Positions 1-10,837 of a stretch of DNA of 64,000 nt are shown here, in pieces. The DNA lies in assembly GCA_963845065.1 (NCBI GenBank), contig CAWJQQ010000008.1, positions 128,001-192,000 of the forward strand. Direction: 5' to 3'. The notes beneath the pieces were generated by a model. That model was not told the origin of the DNA. It was given only the letters and a program-made list of their open reading frames with translations, and made no database searches. Origin of the DNA: Nitrospirota bacterium (GTDB lineage Bacteria; Nitrospirota; UBA9217). The position numbers and the translations under genes were made by a program. Position 1 is the first letter of the stretch. Each line of letters starts with the position of its first letter.

Positions 1-266
1 CGGGTCCTCATCTTCACTATGAAGTGCGACTGAATGATCTTCCTGTGAACCCGATAAAATACATGAATTAAGAGGTCATATCGAATAGCCACATCCTCAT
101 AATCAAATCTATTCTTCCTCTCCATACAGCGAACGACGACCTATGGTTGGCCGGGGTAAAGAGTGCATAAACTCTTTGCCTTTTGAAACAAAACCGTTTC
201 CGCCATGGTTTTGGCCGGGGGGCAATTGCCAGCGTAGCGGGGACAAACAAGGAGGGAGTAAGTTTT

Positions 267-473
267 ATGTCTACGGGGAAAGTGAAGTGGTTCAACGAAT
301 CAAAGGGATATGGCTTTATTGAGCCTGACGGCGGAGGTCGCGACGTATTTGTGCACTATTCTGCCATTCAAGGCGAAGGATACAAGACGCTTTCTGAAGG
401 ACAGGTGGTTCAGTTCGACATCATACAGGGTGATAAAGGTCCACAGGCGTCGAACGTAGCGAAAACTTCCTAG
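267..473 (+). CDS. cspA: Cold-shock protein (CspA family)
   Basis: [18 protein letters not shown]...DVFVHYSAI...GPQA RNP1/RNP2 motifs; GGAGG RBS before ATG 267. Confidence 0.95.
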   Translation: MSTGKVKWFNESKGYGFIEPDGGGRDVFVHYSAIQGEGYKTLSEGQVVQFDIIQGDKGPQASNVAKTS

Positions 474-536
474 CAAGCCGTTCCACAGGCAACGTCACAT
501 ATTATTTTATTGTCTTAGTATTGTGGCAAGTTTTCG

Positions 537-570
537 AAACCCCGAAGAGGCCCCATCTTCGGGGTTTTTT
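537..570 (+). terminator. Intrinsic terminator after cspA
   Basis: aaaccccgaaga / tcttcggggttt stem followed by T run. Confidence 0.85.
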
Positions 571-633
571 GTAATTTTCGTTTTGGGATTATAGGACAGG
601 AAAGAAGGGGAAGGTTTCTATCGATAATCTACT

Positions 634-972
634 TCAGCTCGCCATACCAGTAATTATTTTTTTTCTGGCTGCATGCTGTTCAAAGAGAACTTCTTTCATC
701 AAGGAACATGCCTCTATGACTTTGGGGTTCGCTATGCGGTAGTAAATATTCACGCCTTCGCGTCTCGTAGCAAGGATGCCCTTGTGGCGCATGACAGCGA
801 GGTGCTGAGATACGTTTGCTTTGGATGCACCGAGGGCGGCCACTAGCTCAGTCACTGTTTTTTCTTCATTTTTTAGGGTATTTAGGATCTCAATGCGTTT
901 TGGGTTTGTGAGGGTCTTGCAGATCTCTGCCTGCAATTCAAAAATAGATTTGTCACTTAAAATACTTTTCAT
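634..972 (-). CDS. ArsR/SmtB family transcriptional regulator
   Basis: KTLTNPKRIEIL...SKANVSQHLAVMR...REGVNIYY winged-HTH pattern. Confidence 0.9.
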   Translation of the reverse strand: MKSILSDKSIFELQAEICKTLTNPKRIEILNTLKNEEKTVTELVAALGASKANVSQHLAVMRHKGILATRREGVNIYYRIANPKVIEACSLMKEVLFEQHAARKKIITGMAS

Positions 973-1331
973 GTTACTATTTTTTACACTTCTTGCTCTT
1001 TTTTGTCAAGCAATAAATGTTGTGCTACTCAGCGTATGATTGTTAACCTGGATTATTAAAAATTACTTAGTCACATCTTAGCCTCCGTAAATTATGAACT
1101 GCTTACGCATAATCCTAAGCGCTCTGACAATTATTTCCTTGAATTCCGCGATAAAAATGATAATATAAATAATTGTAAAGAAAAACAAATTTGCTGCGTT
1201 CGAGAATGCAGCCGATTTCTCAGGGTCGATGTTATTTGGCTATGATTTGCGGAGAAGGCCGCGTCCCGTGACACCTGAAACCGGTTGACTGCTAACTCTA
1301 ACGAAGTTTTATGAACGTGGAGAAGAAATAG

Positions 1332-3971
1332 ATGATTGGTACGATCTTGAAAAAAGTATTCGGCACGGCAAACGAGAGGGAACTGAAACGCATCCAGGTG
1401 CAGGTGGACCAGATAAACGCCTTAGAAGAGGGGATCTCCCGGCTTACAGACGCTGAGCTGCGATCGAAAACCGAGGAATTCAAGAAGCGTCTGCAAGAAG
1501 GCGAGTCACTCGACGATCTTCTTCCAGAAGCGTTTGCCGTGGTGCGAGAAACGTCCGGGCGGACCCTTGGTATGCGCCACTTCGACGCCCAACTCGTCGG
1601 TGGAATAGTTCTTCATTTAGGAAAGATATCCGAAATGAAGACGGGCGAAGGAAAGACGCTGGTAGCGACGCTCCCGGTATACCTCAATGCCCTGACCGGG
1701 AACGGTGTGCATGTGGTAACCGTCAACGATTATTTGGCGCGACGCGACGCCCAGTGGATGGGGCCCGTGTATACATTTCTCGGTCTCACCGTCGGCGTCA
1801 TATTACACGGACTGACGGATGAAGAACGGCAGGTAGCCTACGGCTCAGATGTGACCTATGGTACGAATAACGAATTCGGCTTCGATTATCTTCGCGATAA
1901 CATGAAGTTCGATCTCAAGGACTATGTCCAGCGCGAACTCAACTACGCCATCGTGGACGAAGTGGACTCGATCCTGATCGATGAAGCCCGGACGCCGCTT
2001 ATCATCTCAGGTCCCGCGGAAGAGTCGACCGATAAATACTACAAGATTAACCGCATCATCCCGAGCCTCAAGAAAGACACGGACTATACCATTGAAGAAA
2101 AAACCAAAACCGTGGCCTTGACCGAGGAAGGAAATATTAAGGTCGAACAACTATTAAACGCCGGGAATCTTTACGACCCTTCGAACGTCGATCTGGTACA
2201 TCACGTGCACCAGGCATTGAAAGCCCATGCCCTCTTTAACCGAGATGTAGATTATGTGGTCAAGGACGATCAGGTAATGATCGTCGATGAATTCACAGGC
2301 AGGTTAATGCCAGGCAGGCGCTGGAGCGACGGTTTGCACCAGGCCATTGAGGCTAAGGAAAACGTCAAGATCGAGAATGAAAACCAGACGCTGGCCTCAA
2401 TTACGTTCCAGAACTATTTCCGACTCTACAACAAACTCTCGGGCATGACTGGTACAGCAGAGACCGAGGCAGCTGAATTCGCAAAAATCTACAACCTTGA
2501 CGTAGTCGTAATCCCGACGCACCGTCCCATGATCCGCATCGATAATCCTGACTTCATCTACAAAAACGAAAAAGCAAAATTTAATGCCGTCATCAGCGAA
2601 ATCGAAGCGCTGCACAAGAAGGGTCAGCCCGTGCTGGTTGGCACGATTTCAATCGTCAAGTCCGAGACCCTTTCATCCATGCTCAAGAAAAAAGGCATCA
2701 AACACTCGGTGCTGAATGCCAAGTACCACGAGATGGAGGCGGAGATCGTCGGCCAGGCAGGCCGGTACGCGGCCGTTACAATCGCTACGAACATGGCGGG
2801 TCGTGGTACAGACATCGTCCTCGGCGGCAATCCCGAAGGACTCGCACGCCAGTCGTTCAAGGGTAAAGAGAATTCAAAAGAAGAGTGGGACAAGATGCTT
2901 GAACAGTTCAAGGCCCTTTGCGCAGGTGAAAAAGACAAGGTCATCAATGCTGGCGGGCTCCATATACTTGGGACCGAGAGGCATGAGGCACGGCGGATCG
3001 ATAATCAGCTCCGAGGTCGTTCTGGCCGCCAAGGAGACCCTGGTTCTTCAAGGTTTTATCTTTCTCTCGAAGATGACCTGCTACGCATTTTTGGTTCCGA
3101 CCGCATCTCGGGTCTCATGGGCAGGCTCGGCATGGAAGAGGACGTCCCTATCGAACACCGTATGGTATCACGCGCCATCGAGAACGCACAGAAAAAAGTC
3201 GAAGATCACAATTTTGAGATTCGCAAACACATTCTTGAATACGACGATGTGATGAACCAGCAGAGAAAAGTGATTTATGAACAGCGCCGAGAGATCCTGT
3301 CCGGCGAGGATCTGAAGGATGAGGTGATCGGTCTGGCAGAGGATATGCTCGATAGCATGATCGGATTTTACTGCCCCGAGGACGCCTATCCCGAGCAGTG
3401 GGACATCACTGGCATAACTGATTCTCTGGCATCCAAGTTTTCGCTACGCATGACTGGTATTGATCCCTTGTCCCTTTCCCGCGCGGAATTCCGTGATAAG
3501 CTATGGGCAGCAATCAAGCAGAGCTATGACGACAAGGATCAGGAGATCGGTCCCGAGCTCATGCGGCACTTGGAAAAGGTGTTCATGCTTCAGGCCGTGG
3601 ACCATCAATGGAAAGATCATCTCCTCGCCATGGACCACCTGAAGGAAGGCATCGGCTTGCGCGGCTATGGGCAGAAGGACCCGCTCATCGAATATAAACG
3701 GGAAGGCTTCGAAATGTTCGAAGAGATGAAGCTGCGTATCGTCGAGTCAACCGTTGAGAATCTGTTCCGTATCAAAGCGGCTGCAAAAGAGCAGGGTCAG
3801 GAGATAGAGCGCAGGCAGCGTCGCCAGATCGAGAACCTGAGTTTCGTTGGTTCAGGCGATTTAGCGGCTGGAGCCAAGCCAGTCCCTGTCCATGCAGCGC
3901 AGAAGGTCGGCAGGAACGACCCCTGCCCCTGCGGGAGCGGGCTCAAGTACAAGAAATGCCATGGGAAATAG
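1332..3971 (+). CDS. secA: Preprotein translocase subunit SecA
   Basis: [38 protein letters not shown]-terminal [19 protein letters not shown]. Confidence 0.99.
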   Translation: MIGTILKKVFGTANERELKRIQVQVDQINALEEGISRLTDAELRSKTEEFKKRLQEGESLDDLLPEAFAVVRETSGRTLGMRHFDAQLVGGIVLHLGKISEMKTGEGKTLVATLPVYLNALTGNGVHVVTVNDYLARRDAQWMGPVYTFLGLTVGVILHGLTDEERQVAYGSDVTYGTNNEFGFDYLRDNMKFDLKDYVQRELNYAIVDEVDSILIDEARTPLIISGPAEESTDKYYKINRIIPSLKKDTDYTIEEKTKTVALTEEGNIKVEQLLNAGNLYDPSNVDLVHHVHQALKAHALFNRDVDYVVKDDQVMIVDEFTGRLMPGRRWSDGLHQAIEAKENVKIENENQTLASITFQNYFRLYNKLSGMTGTAETEAAEFAKIYNLDVVVIPTHRPMIRIDNPDFIYKNEKAKFNAVISEIEALHKKGQPVLVGTISIVKSETLSSMLKKKGIKHSVLNAKYHEMEAEIVGQAGRYAAVTIATNMAGRGTDIVLGGNPEGLARQSFKGKENSKEEWDKMLEQFKALCAGEKDKVINAGGLHILGTERHEARRIDNQLRGRSGRQGDPGSSRFYLSLEDDLLRIFGSDRISGLMGRLGMEEDVPIEHRMVSRAIENAQKKVEDHNFEIRKHILEYDDVMNQQRKVIYEQRREILSGEDLKDEVIGLAEDMLDSMIGFYCPEDAYPEQWDITGITDSLASKFSLRMTGIDPLSLSRAEFRDKLWAAIKQSYDDKDQEIGPELMRHLEKVFMLQAVDHQWKDHLLAMDHLKEGIGLRGYGQKDPLIEYKREGFEMFEEMKLRIVESTVENLFRIKAAAKEQGQEIERRQRRQIENLSFVGSGDLAAGAKPVPVHAAQKVGRNDPCPCGSGLKYKKCHGK

Positions 3972-4177
3972 AGTGTAATAATAATTTAGTTCTGTCGATT
4001 AGGACGTCTGAGTTTTTGTGCTAAAAAGTTAGGTGCTGGAGTATAACAGATGGTTGCTGATGTGCCCGGTATAACTACCAGAACCGTATCATAAATCTGG
4101 CGTTTTTGCGTTCATCAGTCTCCACACGTCATTCGGCTGTCGATTTTACTATGCTTATACGTGATAACCTCTGACAA

Positions 4178-4984
4178 ATGCGAATCGCCGGTATACAGAT
4201 AAGCGCTGGAAATGACCTTGAACGGAACATACAGCGCGCTGTGGAATTGGCCAAGGTGGCGGCCGACAAGGACGCCAGGATTATCTGCTATCCTGAGCTG
4301 TTCCTCACGCCCTGGTTCCCTCGGCGCGAAGATCGTTCTCTACTCTCCTGGGCATTGGATGTCGCAAGCGGTCATCTTGAACTTTTTCGAATACTCTCCG
4401 AAAGTACGAAAACGGTTCTTCTAGTACCTTTCTTCGAATACACCAAGGACAATTACTATAACAGTACGGCGGTATTCGATTCTGGAGAGATCTTGGGTAC
4501 CTACCGCAAATTACATGTACCGAACCTACCGCTCTACCGTGAACAATTTTACTTTTCTTCTGGTAATTCTGGCTTCCCCGTATTTGCAACATCCCAAGGA
4601 AAGATTGGCATCCAGATATGCTGGGACAACTTTTTCCCCGAAGGGAGCCGCATCCTGGCGCTCAAGGGCGCGGAAATAATTTTTTCACCAACCGCCGCTT
4701 CCCTTAATACTCATGCTCTTTGGGAGCGCGCCATCACGGCCAACGCCTTTGCGAACAATCTCTTCATCTTTCGTGTTAATCGTGTCGGTCAGGAAGAAGG
4801 CATTTCGTTTTATGGCAGGAGCTTTTGTGCCGACCCTTGGGGCGAGATGGCGTCGGAACTTGCAGGCGGCAAAGAGGCGATCGTGATCGCGGACATCAAC
4901 CTTGCCGAAAGCGCAGCCGCTTCCGAAACCTGGGGGTTCCTCAAACACCGAAGGCCGGGAGAGTACGGGGAGCTTGTAAAGTAG
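4178..4984 (+). CDS. Carbon-nitrogen hydrolase (nitrilase superfamily; N-carbamoylputrescine amidase/beta-ureidopropionase-like)
   Basis: Glu-Lys-Cys triad: YPELF, YRKLH, QICWD. Confidence 0.88.
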   Translation: MRIAGIQISAGNDLERNIQRAVELAKVAADKDARIICYPELFLTPWFPRREDRSLLSWALDVASGHLELFRILSESTKTVLLVPFFEYTKDNYYNSTAVFDSGEILGTYRKLHVPNLPLYREQFYFSSGNSGFPVFATSQGKIGIQICWDNFFPEGSRILALKGAEIIFSPTAASLNTHALWERAITANAFANNLFIFRVNRVGQEEGISFYGRSFCADPWGEMASELAGGKEAIVIADINLAESAAASETWGFLKHRRPGEYGELVK

Positions 4985-5168
4985 TTGCGTTGTATTCCTG
5001 CCATTGTGTATCGTGTCGCCGGCTCCCGTATTGCGTTATCTTATCAATTGACGTCCTAAAACCTCGGCCTTCAGACGGGAATAGCACGATGTTAAAAATA
5101 TGAAACGATTAGAGCGTTATGATAAGGGAAGCAACAATATTTGCGCACAACCATCAGGAGGAGAAAAT

Positions 5169-6137
5169 ATGAAACGGTTGATCATGATACTGGCATGTTT
5201 ATCGATGCTTGTGAACTCACCGGCGTTCGCCGCGGATGTAGTTCGGCTGGGAAATCTCAAGTTTGCCCATTATGGTGCTGTATCGTACATGAAGGAAATC
5301 GCTGCTAAGTATAATCTGGTCATCGAGGAGCGTGTTTTTCCCAAGGGGATCGACATCGTCCCGGCCATCATCGCCGGAGACATTGATATTGCCGCAAGTG
5401 CGATCGACGGAGCCATTGCTGCCCGCGCAGCCGGAGTGCCTATCTATATCGTTGCTGGCTTTGCCCGCGGTGGCGCTCGGATCGTGGGTCGCTCGGACAT
5501 GAAATGGAAATCGATTGCAGACCTCAAAGGGAAAAAAGTAGGCGTGCCTCGCGGTGGCGCGCAGGAACTGGTCCTGCTAGCCGAACTCGGCATGTACAAC
5601 CTGACTTATTCGGAGAACCCGGGCAAAGACGTGCAGATCGTCTACCTGGCTTATGCGGACCTCAACCAGGCGCTTCTTTCGCGCAACGTAGACGCCATAA
5701 GCCAATCAGAGCCCCAATCTTCGCAGGCCATCAGTGAGGGCTACGGTGTCGAAATCATCAAGCCCTACGACACACCCCTGGGGGAGCCTGTGAGGACGTT
5801 GATCATGACTGAAAAAATGTACGATGGCGAAAAAGATGTGGCGGAACGGGTCATGAAATGCTTTGTGGAAGCAACCAAGGAATTCATCGAACATCCTGAC
5901 GTTGCAGAAAAATATGTACGGGAAAAGATGTTCAAAGGACAACTCACGAGTGAAGATTATCGCCAGGCAATCGGAAACTCACCATTTACCTACGATGTCT
6001 CTTTGCAGCAGGTACAGATATCGACAGACATGATGGTCAAATACGGGATAGCACAAATGACGAAGCCCCCCGTGGCCAAAGATTACGTTAGGCTCGACCT
6101 GTTGGAAAAGGCCAAAAAGGAATTGCATGTACGATAG
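5169..6137 (+). CDS. ABC transporter substrate-binding protein (NitT/TauT/SsuA-type)
   Basis: Signal peptide ending AFA; SIADLKGKKVGV; EP motif; GGAGGAG RBS before ATG 5169. Confidence 0.88.
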   Translation: MKRLIMILACLSMLVNSPAFAADVVRLGNLKFAHYGAVSYMKEIAAKYNLVIEERVFPKGIDIVPAIIAGDIDIAASAIDGAIAARAAGVPIYIVAGFARGGARIVGRSDMKWKSIADLKGKKVGVPRGGAQELVLLAELGMYNLTYSENPGKDVQIVYLAYADLNQALLSRNVDAISQSEPQSSQAISEGYGVEIIKPYDTPLGEPVRTLIMTEKMYDGEKDVAERVMKCFVEATKEFIEHPDVAEKYVREKMFKGQLTSEDYRQAIGNSPFTYDVSLQQVQISTDMMVKYGIAQMTKPPVAKDYVRLDLLEKAKKELHVR

Positions 6138-6972
6138 ACGGGTACGTGGTGCAGCAACGCTGTTTAAGCAACTGGTCCATTCGACAATTATTCCAGTCGG
6201 CCTGTTAGTTGTCTGGGAGGTAGTATCCCGTTACCACATGTTCAGCCCGCAGGCTTTGCCTGCCCCGTCTCAGGTGTTCCTGAAGTGGATCGAGTATGCC
6301 CGGCCTTATGAGCCGTACGATGCTCCACGGATGAACTATATAGCCTGGTTATTTTCCGGTGAACTTCCGCATGACCTATGGGCGACATTCTTCCGCGTTC
6401 TAATCGGTTTTCTGATCGGCGCAGGACTGGCACTTCCCCTGGGTCTCTTCATGGGTAATTTTGAGCGGATATATCAATTATTCAATCCACTCATTCAGGT
6501 ACTTAGGCCAATTCCACCTATTGCCTATGTCCCTCTTTCTATCCTATGGTTCGGGTTGGGGAATCCTCCGGCATTTTTTCTTATCAGCCTTGGTGCCTTC
6601 TTTCCGGTCCTAATGAATACAATATCGGGAGTCAGGAACGTCGATGCGATCTACATTCGCGCTGCTCTCAATCTCGGTGCAAGCAGGATGACATTGTTCG
6701 GCCGGGTCATTGTACCTTCAGCTATGCCTCATATCCTTACGGGTATGCGAGTGGGGATCGGCGTCGCATTCATCTGCGTTATCGTGGCTGAGATGATTGC
6801 AGTGAACAATGGTTTGGGGTACCGTATCCTTGAAGCACGAGAATTTTTCTGGACCGACAAGATCATTGCCGGGATGATTACAATTGGCCTCTTGGGTCTT
6901 GCTATCGACACGGTCATGAGTGCAATCAATAACTACCTGCTCCGCTGGCATCGGGGCATGGAGAGCAGCTAA
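6127..6972 (+). CDS. ABC transporter permease (SsuC/TauC-type)
   Basis: LRPIPPIAY, AALNLGAS EAA-like loop, VAEMIA; several TM segments. Confidence 0.9.
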   Translation: MYDRRVRGAATLFKQLVHSTIIPVGLLVVWEVVSRYHMFSPQALPAPSQVFLKWIEYARPYEPYDAPRMNYIAWLFSGELPHDLWATFFRVLIGFLIGAGLALPLGLFMGNFERIYQLFNPLIQVLRPIPPIAYVPLSILWFGLGNPPAFFLISLGAFFPVLMNTISGVRNVDAIYIRAALNLGASRMTLFGRVIVPSAMPHILTGMRVGIGVAFICVIVAEMIAVNNGLGYRILEAREFFWTDKIIAGMITIGLLGLAIDTVMSAINNYLLRWHRGMESS

Positions 6973-6982
6973 AGGCATAGAC

Positions 6983-7798
6983 ATGGATTCGATGGCAACT
7001 GCGGGCGGTAACGGCGTGCCGATCGTCCGGATAGAAAAAGTCAATAAGATCTTTCGGTCCAACGGCAGAGAAGTCGTCGCGCTCAGAGATATCACGCTGG
7101 AAATTTATCAAGGAGAGTTTATCTGCATACTGGGTCCGTCCGGGTGCGGTAAATCCACACTCTTGAACGCCATCGCGGGATTTTCGCTGCCTTCATCAGG
7201 CAAGCTAATTGCCAATGAACGGGAAGTTACCGCTCCTGGACCGGACCGCGCCATGGTTTTTCAAGAGTATGCACTATTCCCCTGGATGACCGTGGCGGAG
7301 AACATTGCTTTTGGGCTGGAGATCAAAAACCTTTCAAAAACGGCTATTAAATCAAGGGTGGACGCGCTCTTAAAAAAATTTCAGCTTACGGATTTCCGAG
7401 ACCGTTTTCCCAAGGACCTGTCTGGCGGCATGCGCCAGCGAGTTGCGATCGCTCGCTCTCTCGCCCTCGATTCACCCATGCTGCTCATGGACGAGCCCTT
7501 CGGGGCTTTGGACGCATTGACTCGAAATTCATTGCAGGATGAACTTCTCCGCATCTGGATAGAGTTCAAAAAGACCATCATCTTCGTCACTCACAGCATA
7601 CAGGAGTCCATCTTACTTGCCGACCGCGTAGTTGTTATGACCTACCGACCGGGCACCGTCAAAAAGATCGTGCCGGTGAACATCCTCCATCCCCGAGACA
7701 TAAGCTCACCGTGGTTCATCAGCCTTCAGCAGGAACTGACCCAGATGGTCATGGAAGAGCAAGAGCGCTCGCAAATGGCTGAATCCGACATGACATGA
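6983..7798 (+). CDS. ABC transporter ATP-binding protein (SsuB/TauB-type)
   Basis: GPSGCGKST, LSGGMRQR, LLMDEPFGALD; start approximate. Confidence 0.92.
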   Translation: MDSMATAGGNGVPIVRIEKVNKIFRSNGREVVALRDITLEIYQGEFICILGPSGCGKSTLLNAIAGFSLPSSGKLIANEREVTAPGPDRAMVFQEYALFPWMTVAENIAFGLEIKNLSKTAIKSRVDALLKKFQLTDFRDRFPKDLSGGMRQRVAIARSLALDSPMLLMDEPFGALDALTRNSLQDELLRIWIEFKKTIIFVTHSIQESILLADRVVVMTYRPGTVKKIVPVNILHPRDISSPWFISLQQELTQMVMEEQERSQMAESDMT

Positions 7799-8128
7799 AG
7801 TAGCAAAATAAAATTAAAGCCCTGAGGTTTTATTCAAGGTCGGAGAATGTAACATTAAAAAAACTCCCGACTCACTCTAGGGGGGATTCGCAGAGCCACA
7901 TAAGCATCAGACTCATGTCTGGCTACGTAATGGCTGCCCGGATGGGAGCATGGCGGTTGTCGCCCTTGGGTATCCAGTGTCAGCGAAATACTCTACGAAG
8001 TGTAAAGACCTATTCGAAGTATTGCTGAAGAACGAAGCAAAACCTTCCTTTATTTCTTCCGAAGTCCTATTTACCAAGCTATCTGATATAATAAAAGAGG
8101 AGTGTATCTGCGTTCCAAGGTGAAGATT

Positions 8129-9157
8129 ATGAAAGCCATGGTGCTGAAGAAAATTGTGAACCTCGCTGTAAACAGGTCCCCGGTTGAACTCGTAGACGTG
8201 GCGATCCCGATGCCCAAAGAGAACGAAATCCTTGTCAAGGTTTCAGTCTGTGGTGTATGCCACACGGAACTCGACGAAATCGAAGGTAGGACGCCACCCT
8301 CGAAATATCCGGTTATCCCTGGCCATCAGATCATTGGCTACGTCGAAACAACAGGAAGCAAGGGAAGTAGGTTCAGGATTGGCGACCGCGTCGGCATCTC
8401 CTGGATTAATTCAGCTTGTGGAGCATGCAGGTATTGCCGAACAGGAATGGAAAACCTCTGTGACAATTTTAAGGCAACAGGCAGGGACGCTGACGGAGGC
8501 TACGCAGAATTTACAACTGTTCCCGAGGCTTTTGCATTCAGGATACCGGAATTATTCTCCGATGCTGAAGCCGCTCCGCTCTTATGTGCAGGCGCTATCG
8601 GTTACCGCTCACTTCGGCTGGCAAATATGAAAGACGGTGACACGATAGGGCTTGCGGGTTTCGGCGCATCAGCACATCTCGTGCTCAAGATAGTGCGGTA
8701 CATGTATCCTAAAACCTCTATCTATGTATTCTCTCGCACGGAGGGAGAACGGGCTTTCGCAAGGGAGCTTGGCGCAATCTGGTCTGGAAACAGTGAGGAG
8801 GAATCCCCCGAGAAATTACACGCGATCATTGACACGACGCCCGCATGGAAACCGGTCGTCAACGCCATGAAGAACCTTGAGAAGGGAGGACGGCTCGTGA
8901 TCAATGCGATTCGGAAGGAGGAACGGGATAAGGATGCGATCTATGCAATAGACTATTCTCAAGATCTTTGGATGGAAAAGGAGATCAAGAGCGTTGCGAA
9001 CATCACAAGATCCGATGTGGGAAACTTTTTGAAATTGGCCGCAGAGATTCCTATTAGACCGGAAATACAGGAGTATCCTCTCGAGGAGGCGAATACCGCC
9101 CTGATCGAACTAATAGAGCGAAAAATCCGTGGCGCGAAAGTGCTAAGAATGTCCTAA
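8129..9157 (+). CDS. Zinc-dependent alcohol dehydrogenase family protein
   Basis: CGVCHTE, GHQIIG, CGACRYC...C structural Zn site, APLLCAG, GFGASA. Confidence 0.92.
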   Translation: MKAMVLKKIVNLAVNRSPVELVDVAIPMPKENEILVKVSVCGVCHTELDEIEGRTPPSKYPVIPGHQIIGYVETTGSKGSRFRIGDRVGISWINSACGACRYCRTGMENLCDNFKATGRDADGGYAEFTTVPEAFAFRIPELFSDAEAAPLLCAGAIGYRSLRLANMKDGDTIGLAGFGASAHLVLKIVRYMYPKTSIYVFSRTEGERAFARELGAIWSGNSEEESPEKLHAIIDTTPAWKPVVNAMKNLEKGGRLVINAIRKEERDKDAIYAIDYSQDLWMEKEIKSVANITRSDVGNFLKLAAEIPIRPEIQEYPLEEANTALIELIERKIRGAKVLRMS

Positions 9158-9240
9158 ACGGCTACTCTATTCCAATCTCCCCCTCCATTTAAAAAAGCTG
9201 ACGCTGTCTAACAGATGCTGACAAAAACTTTTTTTCCAGC

Positions 9241-9280
9241 GTATTCGAAAATCGAATACATACTCTTCGATAATCAAATA
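9241..9280. promoter_or_regulatory. Paired upstream activator (enhancer)-like palindromes
   Basis: GTATTCGA-AAA-TCGAATAC perfect inverted repeat (9241-9259) plus degenerate copy TTCGA-TAA-TCAAA (9266-9278), about 120-160 bp upstream of a sigma54 motif. Confidence 0.6.
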
Positions 9281-9397
9281 ACTGCCACACTTATATTGAC
9301 CAACCCAAAAGAATATCTTTCCCATTGAAGCACAACAACCCACTGAATCTCAAAACATTTATTTTTCAAAATGCAGCAATTATAGCCCTTCAGCGTT

Positions 9398-9414
9398 TTG
9401 GCATATGCTATGCA
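9398..9414 (+). promoter_or_regulatory. Sigma54 (-24/-12) promoter
   Basis: TTGGCATATGCTATGCA: GG(9400-01)-N10-GC(9412-13), close to TGGCACnnnnnTTGCA. Confidence 0.75.
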
Positions 9415-9464
9415 AACACCAGTGCAGAAGTTCGGAACGGGTCAGCAGACATAAAAGGAGAGAG

Positions 9465-10427
9465 ATGGATATGGAACATGGACTGATAGGATGTCTGAAA
9501 AAGATTACGAGAAGGAGCGTACAGGAGATCGTCACGATGCAACATCTGACTTCTGGAGATAGTCATCAAATCGGCCAAGCTCTACCAGCGACAAAAACGT
9601 CCATCAACGTAACGCGCGTACTCCAGCCTGTCCACACACTGAGGTTGAGACCCGATCTCTGTGATCCAGTTCCTTCTGATGTGCTCGATCAATCCACTAT
9701 ACCGCAGTCTGCTGCGTGGTACGGGATCACAGACACGGGCAGGGTACGGGAGCACAACGAGGACAATTTTGCAATCCTTGAACTCGCAGATAAGGTCTTG
9801 TTTGTCGTTGCTGACGGCATGGGCGGTCACGATGCCGGCGAAGTAGCAAGCAGGATCGCGACAGAGACGGTATGCAAAGTCGTGGAAGAGGATCATGCGT
9901 CGAGTACTGATCACCTTGGTCTTGTTGAACGTGCTCTTCAGGAGGCAAATATCAAAGTATTGCAGGAGGGAGTGCGCAGGAAATCCGATTTAGGCACCAC
10001 GCTCAGTGTGGCACTCGTTGTAAATGATATTGCCTATGTTGCGAATGTGGGTGACAGCAGGGTCTATTGGATTGAGAAGGGGTCCATCTCACAGATTACC
10101 AAAGACCATTCTTTAGTAGCAAAGTTGGTTGAGGCTGGGAAACTGACAAAAGAAGATGCCAGGAACCACCCTAAATCAAACTTGTTAATTCGTACGATCG
10201 GGAACGATGAAATGATCAAGGTGGATACCTTTCGTGTTCCACTGAAAAAAGGCGGAACGCTGCTGCTTTGTACGGATGGTCTCTGGGGAGACGTTACGGA
10301 TGATGAGATACACAGGGTCTGCACCCTGGAAGAAAATACCACAGCCGTAGGAGACTTTCTGGTGGAGATGGCGAATGACAATGGCGGCAAAGACAACATC
10401 ACAGTCGTGGTGGTAAAAGCTCTGTGA
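9465..10427 (+). CDS. PP2C-type Ser/Thr phosphatase (Stp1/PrpC-like) with N-terminal extension
   Basis: TDTGRVREHNED, VADGMGGH, GTT, NVGDSR, LCTDGL, GGKDNIT; start 9465 (or 9537) chosen from RBS. Confidence 0.92.
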   Translation: MDMEHGLIGCLKKITRRSVQEIVTMQHLTSGDSHQIGQALPATKTSINVTRVLQPVHTLRLRPDLCDPVPSDVLDQSTIPQSAAWYGITDTGRVREHNEDNFAILELADKVLFVVADGMGGHDAGEVASRIATETVCKVVEEDHASSTDHLGLVERALQEANIKVLQEGVRRKSDLGTTLSVALVVNDIAYVANVGDSRVYWIEKGSISQITKDHSLVAKLVEAGKLTKEDARNHPKSNLLIRTIGNDEMIKVDTFRVPLKKGGTLLLCTDGLWGDVTDDEIHRVCTLEENTTAVGDFLVEMANDNGGKDNITVVVVKAL

Positions 10428-10837
10428 ATTGATGATTGACGCAAACCGAAAAAGAAAAGGAGTAACTATTATTATGAAAAACGAAGTGAGTGCATGGTGC
10501 GTGATTAACAAGGACACATTACCAGTGACCGGATCGGAGAAAGCGGCTTATGCGCTCATAGATATCAAGAATAAGCTATACAGGGTCTGCACCAACGAAG
10601 AAGACACTACAGCTATCGGAGACTGGCTGGCGGAGATGGCGAAGGCAAATACTGGCGAGAATGATTTCACGATCGTGGTGGTGAAGGCTCTGTAAATTGA
10701 GAATTGATGCAAGCCGAAAAAGAAAAGGAGGAACTATTATCATGAAAAACGAATTGAATGTACGGTGCATAATGAGCAAGGACTCATTGACGGTGACCGG
10801 TTCAGAGCAGGCGGTCTACGCGCTCATAGACATCAAG
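10309..10837 (+). repeat. Diverged tandem duplication with 268-bp period
   Basis: CAGGGTCTGCACC at 10313/10581, stop codons ending 10427/10695 and ATGAAAAACGAA at 10474/10742 are all offset by 268. Confidence 0.9.
10474..10695 (+). CDS. 73-aa chimeric ORF (vWA-protein N-terminus fused to PP2C C-terminus)
   Basis: First 32 aa resemble the start of 10742..11992; the last ~40 aa resemble the end of the PP2C; own AAGGAG RBS. Confidence 0.55.
   Translation: MKNEVSAWCVINKDTLPVTGSEKAAYALIDIKNKLYRVCTNEEDTTAIGDWLAEMAKANTGENDFTIVVVKAL

Noticed and set aside
7799..8100. Possible RNA element in the spacer between the ABC transporter and the dehydrogenase
   Set aside because: No convincing stems or known riboswitch motif found by eye.
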